Positions 43,609 through 52,826 of a stretch of DNA of 55,057 bases are shown here, piece after piece. The translations under genes and the position numbers were made by a program. The first letter of the stretch is position 1, and every line of letters begins with the position of its first letter. This DNA comes from Nautiliaceae bacterium (GTDB taxonomy: Bacteria; Campylobacterota; Campylobacteria; Campylobacterales; Nautiliaceae). The stretch spans positions 1 to 55,057 of the forward strand of contig JALWNI010000058.1 in the NCBI GenBank assembly GCA_027083695.1, written 5' to 3'. The notes beneath the pieces are model-generated. The model did not search any database and was not told where the DNA came from. It was given only the letters and a program-made list of their open reading frames with translations.

Positions 43609-43872
43609 CTAAACCTTATTTTTTAAATAATTATATAAAAGTTCTGAATAACCAAAATTTCCACTCAATTCTTTTGATAATTCTTCTTGATACATAGATT
43701 TATAAATCTCTTCTCCCGGACTTTTTGGGAAAAGTGTATTTTTTGAATCAAGTGCTTCTTTTAAATAAAAGTTTAAAATTTCACTCTCAAATTCATCACA
43801 TACTTTTTTTAATTTTTGCAGTTTTAATTCGTGTGATGATTGAGAATGAGTATTTATAAATGATGTTTTCAT
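43609..43872 (-). CDS. flgJ: Rod-binding protein (short FlgJ N-terminal-domain type)
   Basis: 87 aa with CDEFESEILNFYLKEAL, typical of the rod-binding domain. Directly downstream of flgI. Confidence 0.7.
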   Translation of the reverse strand: MKTSFINTHSQSSHELKLQKLKKVCDEFESEILNFYLKEALDSKNTLFPKSPGEEIYKSMYQEELSKELSGNFGYSELLYNYLKNKV

Positions 43873-43882
43873 TTTTTTCTCC

Positions 43883-44878
43883 TTAATTAACGACTATTTT
43901 TGCATTAATGCTATTTGCTGCTCTTAGATTTTCAATTATTGCAATTACATCCTGAGGTGTTGCATTTGATTTTTTTAAATCTTGTGTTAATTCCAAAATA
44001 GATGTTGGCTTTTTAATTTTTATAGTAAAATTACCATAAACTATAACACCCGGATTTACTATTATATTTCCACCAGCTACTACTGTTCCTGTTCTTTCAT
44101 CTATAACAATAACATTTTCATGAGGCACATAAACATTTAAATTTTGAATTTCTGCCAAAAATTCAGGCATTGTTAAATTATTTGGTTTTTTTAAAATGAC
44201 CGTTCTTGGATCAGTTGCAATTGCTACTTTTTTATTAAAGTAACGATTTATTGTATTTTGAACATTTATTGCTAAATCAAAATCGCTTTTTTTTAATGAT
44301 AAAGTAGCTGTTTTTTGGTGATATAAATCCCATACCACTGCTCTTTCTACCGTAGCACCGTTTAGGACTTTAACAGTTGTTGTAAAGTGTTTTTGTTTTT
44401 TACCTCCTCTTAAATTAAATCCTCCCATTGTAATAGGGCCTTGGGCTAGGGCATAAATTTTGCCATTTACACCTTTTAAAGGAGTTAATAATAAAACTCC
44501 TCCTTGAAGTGATTTTGCATCGCCTATTGATGAGACAGTTACATCTATTTTGTCACCCTCCCTTGCAAATGGTGGAAGAGTTGCTGTTACCATTACAGCT
44601 GCTACATTTTTTGATTTTATATCTTTTGGGTCAAGTTTTACATTCACATTTTTTAATAAATTTGAAAGTGTCTGATTTGTGAATTTTGATGATGAATCAC
44701 CAGTTCCGTTAAGTCCTACAACAAGTCCGTATCCTATAAGTTGGTTGCTTCTTACTCCTATAATATTTGAAATGTCTTTTATTTTTTGAGCAAAAAGATT
44801 AGTTGAAATTAATATATAAAGCATACTAAAAAAAAGTAAAGTTAAAAATTTTTCAAATCTGTCCAAAAATGGATTCAT
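43883..44878 (-). CDS. flgI: Flagellar P-ring protein FlgI
   Basis: Signal peptide, then IGVRSNQLIGYGLVVGLNGTGD and the rest of the FlgI family sequence. Confidence 0.95.
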   Translation of the reverse strand: MNPFLDRFEKFLTLLFFSMLYILISTNLFAQKIKDISNIIGVRSNQLIGYGLVVGLNGTGDSSSKFTNQTLSNLLKNVNVKLDPKDIKSKNVAAVMVTATLPPFAREGDKIDVTVSSIGDAKSLQGGVLLLTPLKGVNGKIYALAQGPITMGGFNLRGGKKQKHFTTTVKVLNGATVERAVVWDLYHQKTATLSLKKSDFDLAINVQNTINRYFNKKVAIATDPRTVILKKPNNLTMPEFLAEIQNLNVYVPHENVIVIDERTGTVVAGGNIIVNPGVIVYGNFTIKIKKPTSILELTQDLKKSNATPQDVIAIIENLRAANSINAKIVVN

Positions 44879-44947
44879 TAGAAATCCTTTTTGGATAATT
44901 AAGCAATATCTGTTCCAAAAAAAAGATTAAAATAAAAAAAGAGGAAA

Positions 44948-46195
44948 TTAAGGAATATATCTTACTATAAGTTTGCCGTCTTTTTCATAAAAATCATAAA
45001 CATTTTTTTCTGTTTTAAGCTCTTCAATAAAATCTTTATCAAATTTGTCATATTCAACTATTTTGAATTTTTTAATTTCTTTCATTTTTACAAGGCCTAT
45101 TATCCAAATAATTCCCATAATAACAGCAAGTATTAAAAATTCTTTTAACATTCCTTTATTTAAGAAATATCCTGCAACCGCACCACCTAAGAAAATACCT
45201 AAATATTGAATTGTATTTGAAGTAGAAAGTGCTGTTGCTTTTTGATGAGCATATGCGACTTTACTTACAAAACTTTGAAGCACAGGTTCAAGAAGGTTAA
45301 ATCCAAAAAAGAAGATTAATACAGCACTAAATATTGTAACTTTTGTTCCTATTAAAAATAATACAAGAGATAAAGTAATCGCACTTGAACTTATAATAAA
45401 TATAAGTTTTCCTTTCCCTTTTTTTTCAGCTAAGATAGCTCCAAGAGGAAGGGCAAAAAAACCTACAACAAGAGCTGGAATATATACTTTCCAAAGTTCC
45501 GTTTTATCCCATCCAAGTTTAGTTGTGAAAATTATAGGGATAAGTAGAAAAAATACTGTCATAAGACCTTTTTGCATAAATCCTGAATAGAAAAGTTTTA
45601 AAAGTTCTTTATGAGTTAATATCTCTTTTAGAGAGTTTGAACCTTGCATATGGTGTACGATTCTTGGGGCAGGAGGTATTTTTTTGATTACAAGCCAGAT
45701 AGAAATAATTGCTAGAAGTGCTGTAATTAAAAATAATTTATCTACTCCCCAAGTTGTCCCTATTGTAGGACCTAAAATCATTGATAAAGCAAAAGAAAGA
45801 GCGATGAATTGTCCCATTCTCGCGAATATTTTTGCTCTATTGTTTTCATCTGTCAAATCTGCCATATAAGCCATAATAACTCCACCAATTGCACCAGCTC
45901 CTTGTAAAAGTCTTCCAAAAACTAATACATAAATATTATCTGCAAAGGCACATACCAAACTTCCAAGTGCCAATAGAGAAAGACCTGTAATTAAAATCAT
46001 TTTTTTATCATATTTATCTGCAAGTTTTCCAAAAGGGATTTGTAAAAAAATTTGAGAAAGAGCATAAGCACCAAGTGCAATACCTACACTAAATTCATTT
46101 GCTCCTTTTAAATGCATAGCATAAAGGGCAAGTACAGGCATTACAATAAAAAGTCCTAAAAAACGAATAGCCATTAATAATGATAAATAGAGCAT
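44948..46195 (-). CDS. MFS transporter
   Basis: 415 aa with about 12 TM helices and the motif GKLADKYDKK between TM2 and TM3. A soluble C-terminal tail of about 45 aa follows. Confidence 0.85.
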   Translation of the reverse strand: MLYLSLLMAIRFLGLFIVMPVLALYAMHLKGANEFSVGIALGAYALSQIFLQIPFGKLADKYDKKMILITGLSLLALGSLVCAFADNIYVLVFGRLLQGAGAIGGVIMAYMADLTDENNRAKIFARMGQFIALSFALSMILGPTIGTTWGVDKLFLITALLAIISIWLVIKKIPPAPRIVHHMQGSNSLKEILTHKELLKLFYSGFMQKGLMTVFFLLIPIIFTTKLGWDKTELWKVYIPALVVGFFALPLGAILAEKKGKGKLIFIISSSAITLSLVLFLIGTKVTIFSAVLIFFFGFNLLEPVLQSFVSKVAYAHQKATALSTSNTIQYLGIFLGGAVAGYFLNKGMLKEFLILAVIMGIIWIIGLVKMKEIKKFKIVEYDKFDKDFIEELKTEKNVYDFYEKDGKLIVRYIP

Positions 46196-46236
46196 TTTTA
46201 TCCTTTTTGTAAATTTTGCGAATTATATCCAAAGGT

Positions 46237-47010
46237 TTATAATTTAACTTTAAATTTTTCTCTGTTTTTATAAAAAACTGCTTCATTGAGCCCTAAATTT
46301 TTAAATTTTTGTATAGTTTCATTTAGTTTAAATCCTACTTGTTGAGGTGAGTGTGCATCACTTGAAAAAGTAATGTCAATGTTTTCATTTAAAATAATTT
46401 CAATAAGTTCATCTGATGGGTAGAGCTCTTTTACCGGTTTTCTAAGCCCTGCCGTGTTTATTTCAACTGTCATGTTTGCATTTTTAATTGCTTTTATGGC
46501 ATTTTTTGCCAAATCTTTTATATTGGTTTTTGGTTTGTGTCCGAATACTTTTACAAGGTCAATATGTCCTACAATATCAAAAAGTTTTGAATTTGCCATC
46601 TCTTCAATTTTACTGAAATACTCTTTATAAACATCATCAACATCTCTTCTGTCCCACTCTTTTATAAATTCAGGATTGTCAAATCCCCAGTTGTCAAGAA
46701 AATGAACGCTTCCTATTAAATAATCAACTTTTCTATTCAATACTCTTTTATCTACAAAAGGAGTAAAATCAACTTCATATCCAAGTAAAATTTCTATTTT
46801 GTCTTTATATTTTTCTTTTAAGTTTTTTATCTCTTTTTCATAATTTTCCATATCTTCAAAACCCATTCTGTACTCATAATCAAATTCCATTGGTGCATGG
46901 TCGGCAAATCCATATATTTTTATATTTTTTTTAATTGCCTCTTTTATAAATTCCTCAGGAGAACCTTTTGCATGATTGCATAAAGGAGTGTGATTGTGCA
47001 AATCAATCAT
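46237..47010 (-). CDS. Histidinol-phosphatase, PHP (HisJ/HisK) family
   Basis: DLHNHTPLCNHA N-terminus, plus GSVHF and SDAH metal-ligand motifs. Confidence 0.85.
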   Translation of the reverse strand: MIDLHNHTPLCNHAKGSPEEFIKEAIKKNIKIYGFADHAPMEFDYEYRMGFEDMENYEKEIKNLKEKYKDKIEILLGYEVDFTPFVDKRVLNRKVDYLIGSVHFLDNWGFDNPEFIKEWDRRDVDDVYKEYFSKIEEMANSKLFDIVGHIDLVKVFGHKPKTNIKDLAKNAIKAIKNANMTVEINTAGLRKPVKELYPSDELIEIILNENIDITFSSDAHSPQQVGFKLNETIQKFKNLGLNEAVFYKNREKFKVKL

Positions 47011-47064
47011 ATTTTGCCTTTTTAATTGAAATTATATATAATTAATCAAAAAAAGAGGTGGCCT

Positions 47065-47802
47065 ATGAATCAAGAGGAATTAGATGCATTAATAGGCGAG
47101 GATTTTGAAGAATTGGATGAAGTGGAAGATATTGGTGGGAAAAGTGAAGATATTGATGAGGATATAGTAATTGATGATGAATCAGAGATTGTTGATGATG
47201 AAATTGATGATAATTTTGCTGATGTTTTAGATAATGAGGATATACAAGATGATGAAAATGATGGTGAAGAGATTGTACCTCCTCCTGCCGATAATAAAAA
47301 CAAAGTAGTCGCTCAGCTTGACGAAGTTACAAAAGAGAGTGAAGAAAAAGCCACTCAAATACTTGATATTATGGATGAAGTTTCATCAAATACAGAAAAA
47401 AATCTTGAATCTTTAAAAGAAGTTTTAGAGTTTTTGCAACGACATAAAAGTTTATGTGAAAAACTTCATCAAAAGTTTCCTCATATCAAAACTTTTGAAA
47501 AAGAGTTAAATGAAATAAATGAAATAAATGAAAAAATTAATCAAGCTATTGAAACAAATGAGGCCACTTCTGAAAAACTATTTATGGCTATGGATATAAT
47601 GCAGTATCAGGATATTCATCGTCAGAAAATAGAAAGAGTTATAAATATTATGAGAGCTTTGATTAAATATATGAATAAGCTATTTGAGGGAAGTATAGAA
47701 GATGAAAAAAGAGTTCAAAGTGCAAAACATATTCATGGTGACGAGAATGAAGTGCTCAGTGATGAAGATATAGAAGCATTGCTTGACCAATTTGGAGTAT
47801 AA
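47065..47802 (+). CDS. cheZ: CheZ-type CheY-P phosphatase (epsilonproteobacterial CheZ)
   Basis: Catalytic D-x3-Q in MQYQDIHRQKIERV. The C-terminal DIEALLDQFGV resembles the CheY-binding peptide. Long acidic N-terminus. ATG 47065 follows AGAGGTGG; the track's TTG 47026 is rejected. Confidence 0.7.
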   Translation: MNQEELDALIGEDFEELDEVEDIGGKSEDIDEDIVIDDESEIVDDEIDDNFADVLDNEDIQDDENDGEEIVPPPADNKNKVVAQLDEVTKESEEKATQILDIMDEVSSNTEKNLESLKEVLEFLQRHKSLCEKLHQKFPHIKTFEKELNEINEINEKINQAIETNEATSEKLFMAMDIMQYQDIHRQKIERVINIMRALIKYMNKLFEGSIEDEKRVQSAKHIHGDENEVLSDEDIEALLDQFGV

Positions 47803-49083
47803 ATGAAAAAAGTAGAATTATTGAGTCCAGCAGGGGATTTTGAAAAATTAAAAATTGCTATTAATTATGGAGCAGATGCGGTATATGCGGGAGTTAGTCA
47901 TTTTTCTTTAAGATGTCACAGTGGGAAAGAGTTTGATTATGAAACCTTTAAAGAGGCAGTGGATTATGCACATAAAAGAGGTGTAAAAGTTTATGCGACT
48001 GTTAATTCTTTTCCTTTTGAGTCTCAGCTTGGTTTAGTTGAAAACCATATTAAAAAACTTAAAGAAATCGGTGTTGATGCCATGATTATTTCAACTTTGG
48101 GTGTAATTATGAAAGCAAGAGAAATCGCACCTGAGATTGATATTCATCTCTCAACCCAAGCAAATGCCTTAAATTCATGGGATTATAAAGCATATAGGGA
48201 TTTAGGAGTTAAAAGAATAATTGCCGCAAGAGAAACAACTTTAAAAGATTTAATAAAAATAAAAGAAAAAGTCCCGGATATTGAAATTGAGATTTTTGTT
48301 CATGGTGCTATGTGTTTTGCATATAGCGGAAGATGTCTTTTAAGTGCGGTGCAGTTTGGAAGAAATCCAAATAAAGGAAGCTGTGCGAATGATTGCAGAT
48401 ATCCATATGTACTTTATGCCCAAAATCCAGAGACTGGAACTATGTTTAAATTAGAAGAGTACAGTGATGGTACATATATAATGAATGCAAAAGATTTATG
48501 TCTTATAAATCATATCCCCGAAATTTTAAAAGCAGGGGTTGTAGATAGTTTAAAGATTGAAGGAAGAACAAAAGCTCCATATTATGTAGGTGTTGTAACA
48601 AAAGCTTATAGAAATGCAATAGATGAATGGTATGAAAATGGAAAATGTGAATGTGAGAAGTATTATAAAGAAATTCTTACTACTAAAAATAGAGGTTTAA
48701 CAGATGCTTATATAGTAAAAAGACCGTATGAAAGAGACGACACACAAAACCTAAAAACATCTTTAACATACGGTGAATGGCAAGTTGCTGGAATTGTGAA
48801 TGAAGACGAAGAGACTTTTATGTGTAAATATAAAATTTTTCCGGGAGATATACTTGAAATTTTAGCTCCAAGCGATGATTTAAATGAATGTGAAGGAGAA
48901 ACAGGAAAAATTTATAAAAAAGATGGAAAATGGTATTTAAGACTTGATAAAATTTTAACTAAAAACAATAAAGAGTTAAATGCAGTCCATAGCGGTAATT
49001 TAAATCCGATAAAACTGCCTTGTAAATTGCCTTATTTAACCTTTATTAGAAAAAAAGTAGAATTTAGTCCAAATGGAAAATAA
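47803..49083 (+). CDS. Peptidase U32 family protein
   Basis: 426 aa with the U32 motif E.FVHGAMCFAYSGRCLLS. Adjacent to cheZ, as in H. pylori. Confidence 0.9.
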   Translation: MKKVELLSPAGDFEKLKIAINYGADAVYAGVSHFSLRCHSGKEFDYETFKEAVDYAHKRGVKVYATVNSFPFESQLGLVENHIKKLKEIGVDAMIISTLGVIMKAREIAPEIDIHLSTQANALNSWDYKAYRDLGVKRIIAARETTLKDLIKIKEKVPDIEIEIFVHGAMCFAYSGRCLLSAVQFGRNPNKGSCANDCRYPYVLYAQNPETGTMFKLEEYSDGTYIMNAKDLCLINHIPEILKAGVVDSLKIEGRTKAPYYVGVVTKAYRNAIDEWYENGKCECEKYYKEILTTKNRGLTDAYIVKRPYERDDTQNLKTSLTYGEWQVAGIVNEDEETFMCKYKIFPGDILEILAPSDDLNECEGETGKIYKKDGKWYLRLDKILTKNNKELNAVHSGNLNPIKLPCKLPYLTFIRKKVEFSPNGK

Positions 49084-49092
49084 GGAGAAATT

Positions 49093-49590
49093 ATGAGATT
49101 TGTTAGTATATTAATGGGAAGTAAAAGTGATTATGAAATAATGATAGAAGCTGTAAAAGTTTTGGAAAAGTTTCAAATTCCTTATGAATTGATTATTACA
49201 TCAGCACATAGAACACCTGAGAGAACACATAATTATGTTAAAGAAGCAGAAGCAAAAGGAGCAAAAGTATTTATTTGTGGAGCCGGAATGGCAGCTCATT
49301 TAGCAGGAGTTGTAGCATCTCTTACAACAAGACCTGTAATTGGTGTACCTATGTTAAGTGGAATGATGGATGGGCTTGATGCCTTGCTTAGTACTGTTCA
49401 AATGCCCGGAGGTATGCCTGTTGCAACAGTGGCTGTTGGAAAAGCAGGAGCAAAAAACGCAGCTTATCTTGCTCTACAAATTTTGGCAGATAGTGATGAT
49501 GAGCTAAAAGCTAAACTTGAAGAAGATAGAGTTGCTCAGGCTAAAAAAGTAGAAATGGATTCAAAAGAAGTAGAAGTAAGAATAGATTAA
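49093..49590 (+). CDS. purE: 5-(carboxyamino)imidazole ribonucleotide mutase
   Basis: MGSKSDY, SAHRTPE and GAGMAAHLAG motifs. Confidence 0.95.
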   Translation: MRFVSILMGSKSDYEIMIEAVKVLEKFQIPYELIITSAHRTPERTHNYVKEAEAKGAKVFICGAGMAAHLAGVVASLTTRPVIGVPMLSGMMDGLDALLSTVQMPGGMPVATVAVGKAGAKNAAYLALQILADSDDELKAKLEEDRVAQAKKVEMDSKEVEVRID

Positions 49591-50051
49591 TGCAAACATG
49601 GTTAAATATTGAAGAATTTTTAAAATTAAGCGGTAAAGAAAAAAATGAAATAATAAAATTATGTAAAGAGAAAAAATTAAAATGTAAAAAAAATAAAGAA
49701 GGAATTTTTATAGAAGTGGAATCTATGGCAAGATCGTTAGTTCCACTTCAAGAACTTCAAATAATAGAAAAAGAGCACTCCATCGCTAAAAGAACAATTG
49801 GGATGCTTTTGGCATTACATGAGAAAGTTTTAACAAGTAAAGATGAAACAATAGAAACTTTAAAAGAAGAAAACAGATTTTTAAAAGAGTCGATTTACTC
49901 AATTCAGGAAGTTTATGAAGAGTCAAAAAAAACAATAGAAAGACTTCAAAAACAGCTTGAAATTTGTCAAGAAGAGCTTGAATTTTGTAAGAAAAAATAT
50001 AAACTTATGTGGGGCAGGGTGCTTAAAAAAGAAAATAAAGAAGATGAGTGA
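49590..50051 (+). CDS. Hypothetical protein: possible N-terminal HTH-like segment plus a coiled coil
   Basis: 153 aa. The start overlaps the purE stop (TAATG). The C-terminal two-thirds are heptad-rich. Confidence 0.5.
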   Translation: MQTWLNIEEFLKLSGKEKNEIIKLCKEKKLKCKKNKEGIFIEVESMARSLVPLQELQIIEKEHSIAKRTIGMLLALHEKVLTSKDETIETLKEENRFLKESIYSIQEVYEESKKTIERLQKQLEICQEELEFCKKKYKLMWGRVLKKENKEDE

Positions 50052-50112
50052 ATGGGTAGATGGGTGGATGGGTGAATTGTTACCCATCTACTCTTATGCT
50101 CATTTACCCATA
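50052..50112 (+). repeat. Array of five ATGGGTR motifs (three direct at 8-bp period, two inverted) forming a 10-bp inverted repeat
   Basis: ATGGGTAG, ATGGGTGG and ATGGGTGA occupy 50052-50075. ACCCATCTAC (50082-50091) is the exact complement of GTAGATGGGT (50056-50065). TTTACCCATA lies at 50103-50112. Confidence 0.7.
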
Positions 50113-50136
50113 TACTATAAATAAAAAGGAGGAGAA

Positions 50137-50376
50137 ATGGCTCAAAAAAGAGTGATTTTATTTACGGCTCCGGGATGTGTGTGGTGCACAAGGGCAGAGC
50201 AGTTTTTTAAGAAAAACAAAATTAAATATAGAAAAATAGATATAAGTAAGGATGCAAAAGCGGCAAAAGATTGTGAAAGACACGGATGCAGGGGGGTGCC
50301 TGTAATTCTTGTAGGAAATAGATGGATTTGTGGATTTAATGAACCTGTTATTAAAAGGGAGCTTGGTATCAAATGA
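50137..50376 (+). CDS. Glutaredoxin-like small thiol-disulfide protein (YruB/NrdH-like)
   Basis: 79 aa with a CVWC active site after a beta-strand (VILFTAPG), and a conserved GVPVI. Confidence 0.8.
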   Translation: MAQKRVILFTAPGCVWCTRAEQFFKKNKIKYRKIDISKDAKAAKDCERHGCRGVPVILVGNRWICGFNEPVIKRELGIK

Positions 50377-51233
50377 AAATAAGCAAGGAGTGCTATTTAT
50401 GTATTTTTCAACAGATTTTTAATCTTACAAATAGACTTGATTTAGATGAAGAGACTTCTTCTGTTGTTATTAGAAGAGGGGCAAAGAGATTATCTAAATA
50501 TGACCTCTCTTTTGAACCTCCCATAATTGCAAGCGATGTTTATGGAAGTGTGTCTGAAATAGTACAAAAAGAAGATTTATTTGAAAAAGAGAAAAAAGAA
50601 GCTATTAAAGAGGCTTTGAAATTTAAACCAATTTTAAAAGATAGATTAAATAAATCAAAAGATAAGCTTTTTGATGCATGTAAAATTGCAGTTGCAGGAA
50701 ATGTCATAGATTTAGGGGTTAATCAAGAGTATGACTTAACAAAAGAGATAAAAAAAATATTTGAGATGAGTTTTTATAAAAATAATTATAATGAATTTAA
50801 AGAAAAAGCATTAAATGCTAAAACAATTTGTTATTTGGCTGATAATGCAGGTGAGAATGTATTTGATGAAATTTTGATTGAAATTATTAAAGAATTTAAT
50901 CCGGATGTGAAAATATATTATGTGGTTAGAGGTAAGCCTATTATAAATGATGTAACTGTTTATGACTTAAAAGGTCTTGAAATTTTAGAACTTGCCGAAA
51001 TTGTTGACAGTGGTGTCGATACTCCCGGATTTTGCTTGGAAAAAGCAAATAAAGATTCAAAAGATATTTTTTATAATGCTGATATGGTAATAAGCAAAGG
51101 AATGGGAAATTTTGAATGTTTATTTGATGAAGTAAAAAGAGAAGTTTTTTATCTGTTTAAAGTAAAATGCGATGTGGTTGCAAGAGAGAGCAAAAGTAAA
51201 AAAAGCGAATATATGCTTTTTAAAGGAGAATAA
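50373..51233 (+). CDS. DUF89 (ARMT1-like damage-control phosphatase) family protein
   Basis: 286 aa with an N-terminal CxxC (CYLC) and DNAGE ... SKGMGNFE motifs typical of DUF89 (from memory). ATGA overlap with the glutaredoxin-like gene. Confidence 0.7.
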   Translation: MKISKECYLCIFQQIFNLTNRLDLDEETSSVVIRRGAKRLSKYDLSFEPPIIASDVYGSVSEIVQKEDLFEKEKKEAIKEALKFKPILKDRLNKSKDKLFDACKIAVAGNVIDLGVNQEYDLTKEIKKIFEMSFYKNNYNEFKEKALNAKTICYLADNAGENVFDEILIEIIKEFNPDVKIYYVVRGKPIINDVTVYDLKGLEILELAEIVDSGVDTPGFCLEKANKDSKDIFYNADMVISKGMGNFECLFDEVKREVFYLFKVKCDVVARESKSKKSEYMLFKGE

Positions 51234-52082
51234 ATGTATTTTAGTGATTTACTTTTAAAACTTCAAGAATTTTGGAAAAACAAGGGTTGTAATATTGTAA
51301 TGCCTTATGATTTTCCAAGCGGGGCTGGAACATTTCATCCGGCAACTTTACTTAGAAGCCTTGAAGATAGAGAGTGGAATGTGGCGTATGTGGCTCCAAG
51401 CAGAAGACCAACTGATGGGAGATACGGAGAGAATCCAAATAGGCTTGGGAGTTATTATCAGTTTCAGGTTATTATGAAACCAAGTCCGGATAATATTCAG
51501 GATATGTATCTTGAAAGCCTTGAATATCTTGGACTAAACTTAAAAGAACATGATGTAAGATTTGTAGAAGATAACTGGGAATCTCCAACTCTTGGTGCTT
51601 GGGGACTTGGATGGGAAGTGTGGCTTGATGGTATGGAAGTTACTCAATTTACCTATTTTCAACAAGTTGGAGGTCTTAAAACTTTTCCGGTGCCAGTTGA
51701 GATAACCTACGGGACTGAGAGACTTGCTATGTATCTTCAAGGCGTGGATAATGTTTATGATATCAAATGGAATGAAAATACGACTTATGGGGATATGCAT
51801 AAGCGTTCAGAGTATGAATTTTCTAAATATAATTTTGAAATAGCAAGTGTTGATATGCTTTTTAGATGGTTTGAAGATGCAAGGGAAGAAGCTAAAAAAT
51901 GTATAGAAGCAAAACTTCCGCTTCCGGCATATGATTATACGATTTTTGCAAGTCATATTTTTAATGTACTTGATGCAAGAAAGGCAATATCCCAAACTGA
52001 GAGACAAAATTATATTTTAAAAATCAGAGAACTTGCAAAAGCAGTTGCTGAGACATATACGGAAACAACAAAGGCTAGTTAA
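51234..52082 (+). CDS. glyQ: Glycine--tRNA ligase alpha subunit
   Basis: Highly conserved GlyQ sequence ([42 protein letters not shown]). Confidence 0.97.
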   Translation: MYFSDLLLKLQEFWKNKGCNIVMPYDFPSGAGTFHPATLLRSLEDREWNVAYVAPSRRPTDGRYGENPNRLGSYYQFQVIMKPSPDNIQDMYLESLEYLGLNLKEHDVRFVEDNWESPTLGAWGLGWEVWLDGMEVTQFTYFQQVGGLKTFPVPVEITYGTERLAMYLQGVDNVYDIKWNENTTYGDMHKRSEYEFSKYNFEIASVDMLFRWFEDAREEAKKCIEAKLPLPAYDYTIFASHIFNVLDARKAISQTERQNYILKIRELAKAVAETYTETTKAS

Positions 52083-52804
52083 TGAAATTAAGAACAATTT
52101 ATGATTATTTAGATGAAATATCTCCTTTTAATCTTCAAGAAGAGTGGGATAATAGCGGTGTTAATGTAGGTGATTTTGAGAGTGATATAAAAAAAATATA
52201 TATTTCTCTTGATTTGGATGAAAAAGTAATTAATGATGCAGAAGAGAATTCATTAATTATTACACATCATCCTTTAATTTTTAAAGGAATAAAAAGAGTA
52301 ATTCCTGATAGGTTTTCAACGAAACTTTTATTTTCAATGATGAAGAAAAATATTTCAAATATTGCAATGCATACAAATTTTGACAAAACACATCTTAATG
52401 AGTATTTTGCCAAAAAAGTATTAGAATTAGATGGTGAAGTTGAAGATTTTATTTTTTATGCAGATGTTGATATGGAGTTTGAAGAATTTGTAAATTATAT
52501 AAAAAGAAAAATGAATTTAGATTATTTAAGAGTTGTCAAAGCAGAAGATAAAGTCAAAAAAGTAGCAATTACCACAGGGGCTGGAATGAGTCTGCTTGAT
52601 TTTGTAAAAGCTGACTGTTTTTTGACAGGAGATATAAAATATCATGAGGCTATGGATGCTAAAATAAGAGGTGTTTCTCTTATTGATATTACTCACTATC
52701 ATAGTGAAAAGTATTTTGTTGATGCTTTATATGATGCTTTGAATAATAAAATTGATATAGAGGTAGTAAAAACAAATTCTGATGACCCTTTTAATTTGAT
52801 ATAA
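52082..52804 (+). CDS. Nif3-like dinuclear metal centre protein
   Basis: WDNSG, ITHHP and HYHSE motifs. Confidence 0.9.
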   Translation: MKLRTIYDYLDEISPFNLQEEWDNSGVNVGDFESDIKKIYISLDLDEKVINDAEENSLIITHHPLIFKGIKRVIPDRFSTKLLFSMMKKNISNIAMHTNFDKTHLNEYFAKKVLELDGEVEDFIFYADVDMEFEEFVNYIKRKMNLDYLRVVKAEDKVKKVAITTGAGMSLLDFVKADCFLTGDIKYHEAMDAKIRGVSLIDITHYHSEKYFVDALYDALNNKIDIEVVKTNSDDPFNLI

Positions 52805-52826
52805 TTTCATTAAAAAAGGCAGCTAA

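Noticed and set aside
46095-46286. 63-aa minus-strand ORF spanning the MFS start and the histidinol-phosphatase end
   Set aside because: It overlaps two well-supported genes and their junction in another frame.
47026-47064. TTG start for the CheZ-like gene (track) and GTG 1334 for rplA
   Set aside because: Downstream ATGs (47065 and 1340) have properly spaced SD sequences. The extra residues are not family-like.
47510-47535. Short in-frame tandem GAAATAAAT x2 inside cheZ (LNEINEINEK)
   Set aside because: It has only two units within a coiled-coil-type region and is most simply ordinary low-complexity coding sequence.
50052-50075. Mini-ORF ATG GGT AGA TGG GTG GAT GGG TGA (MGRWVDG) as a leader peptide
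   Set aside because: It is a by-product of the ATGGGTRR tandem repeat, starts at the base after the previous stop, and has no RBS. It is reported only as part of the repeat array.
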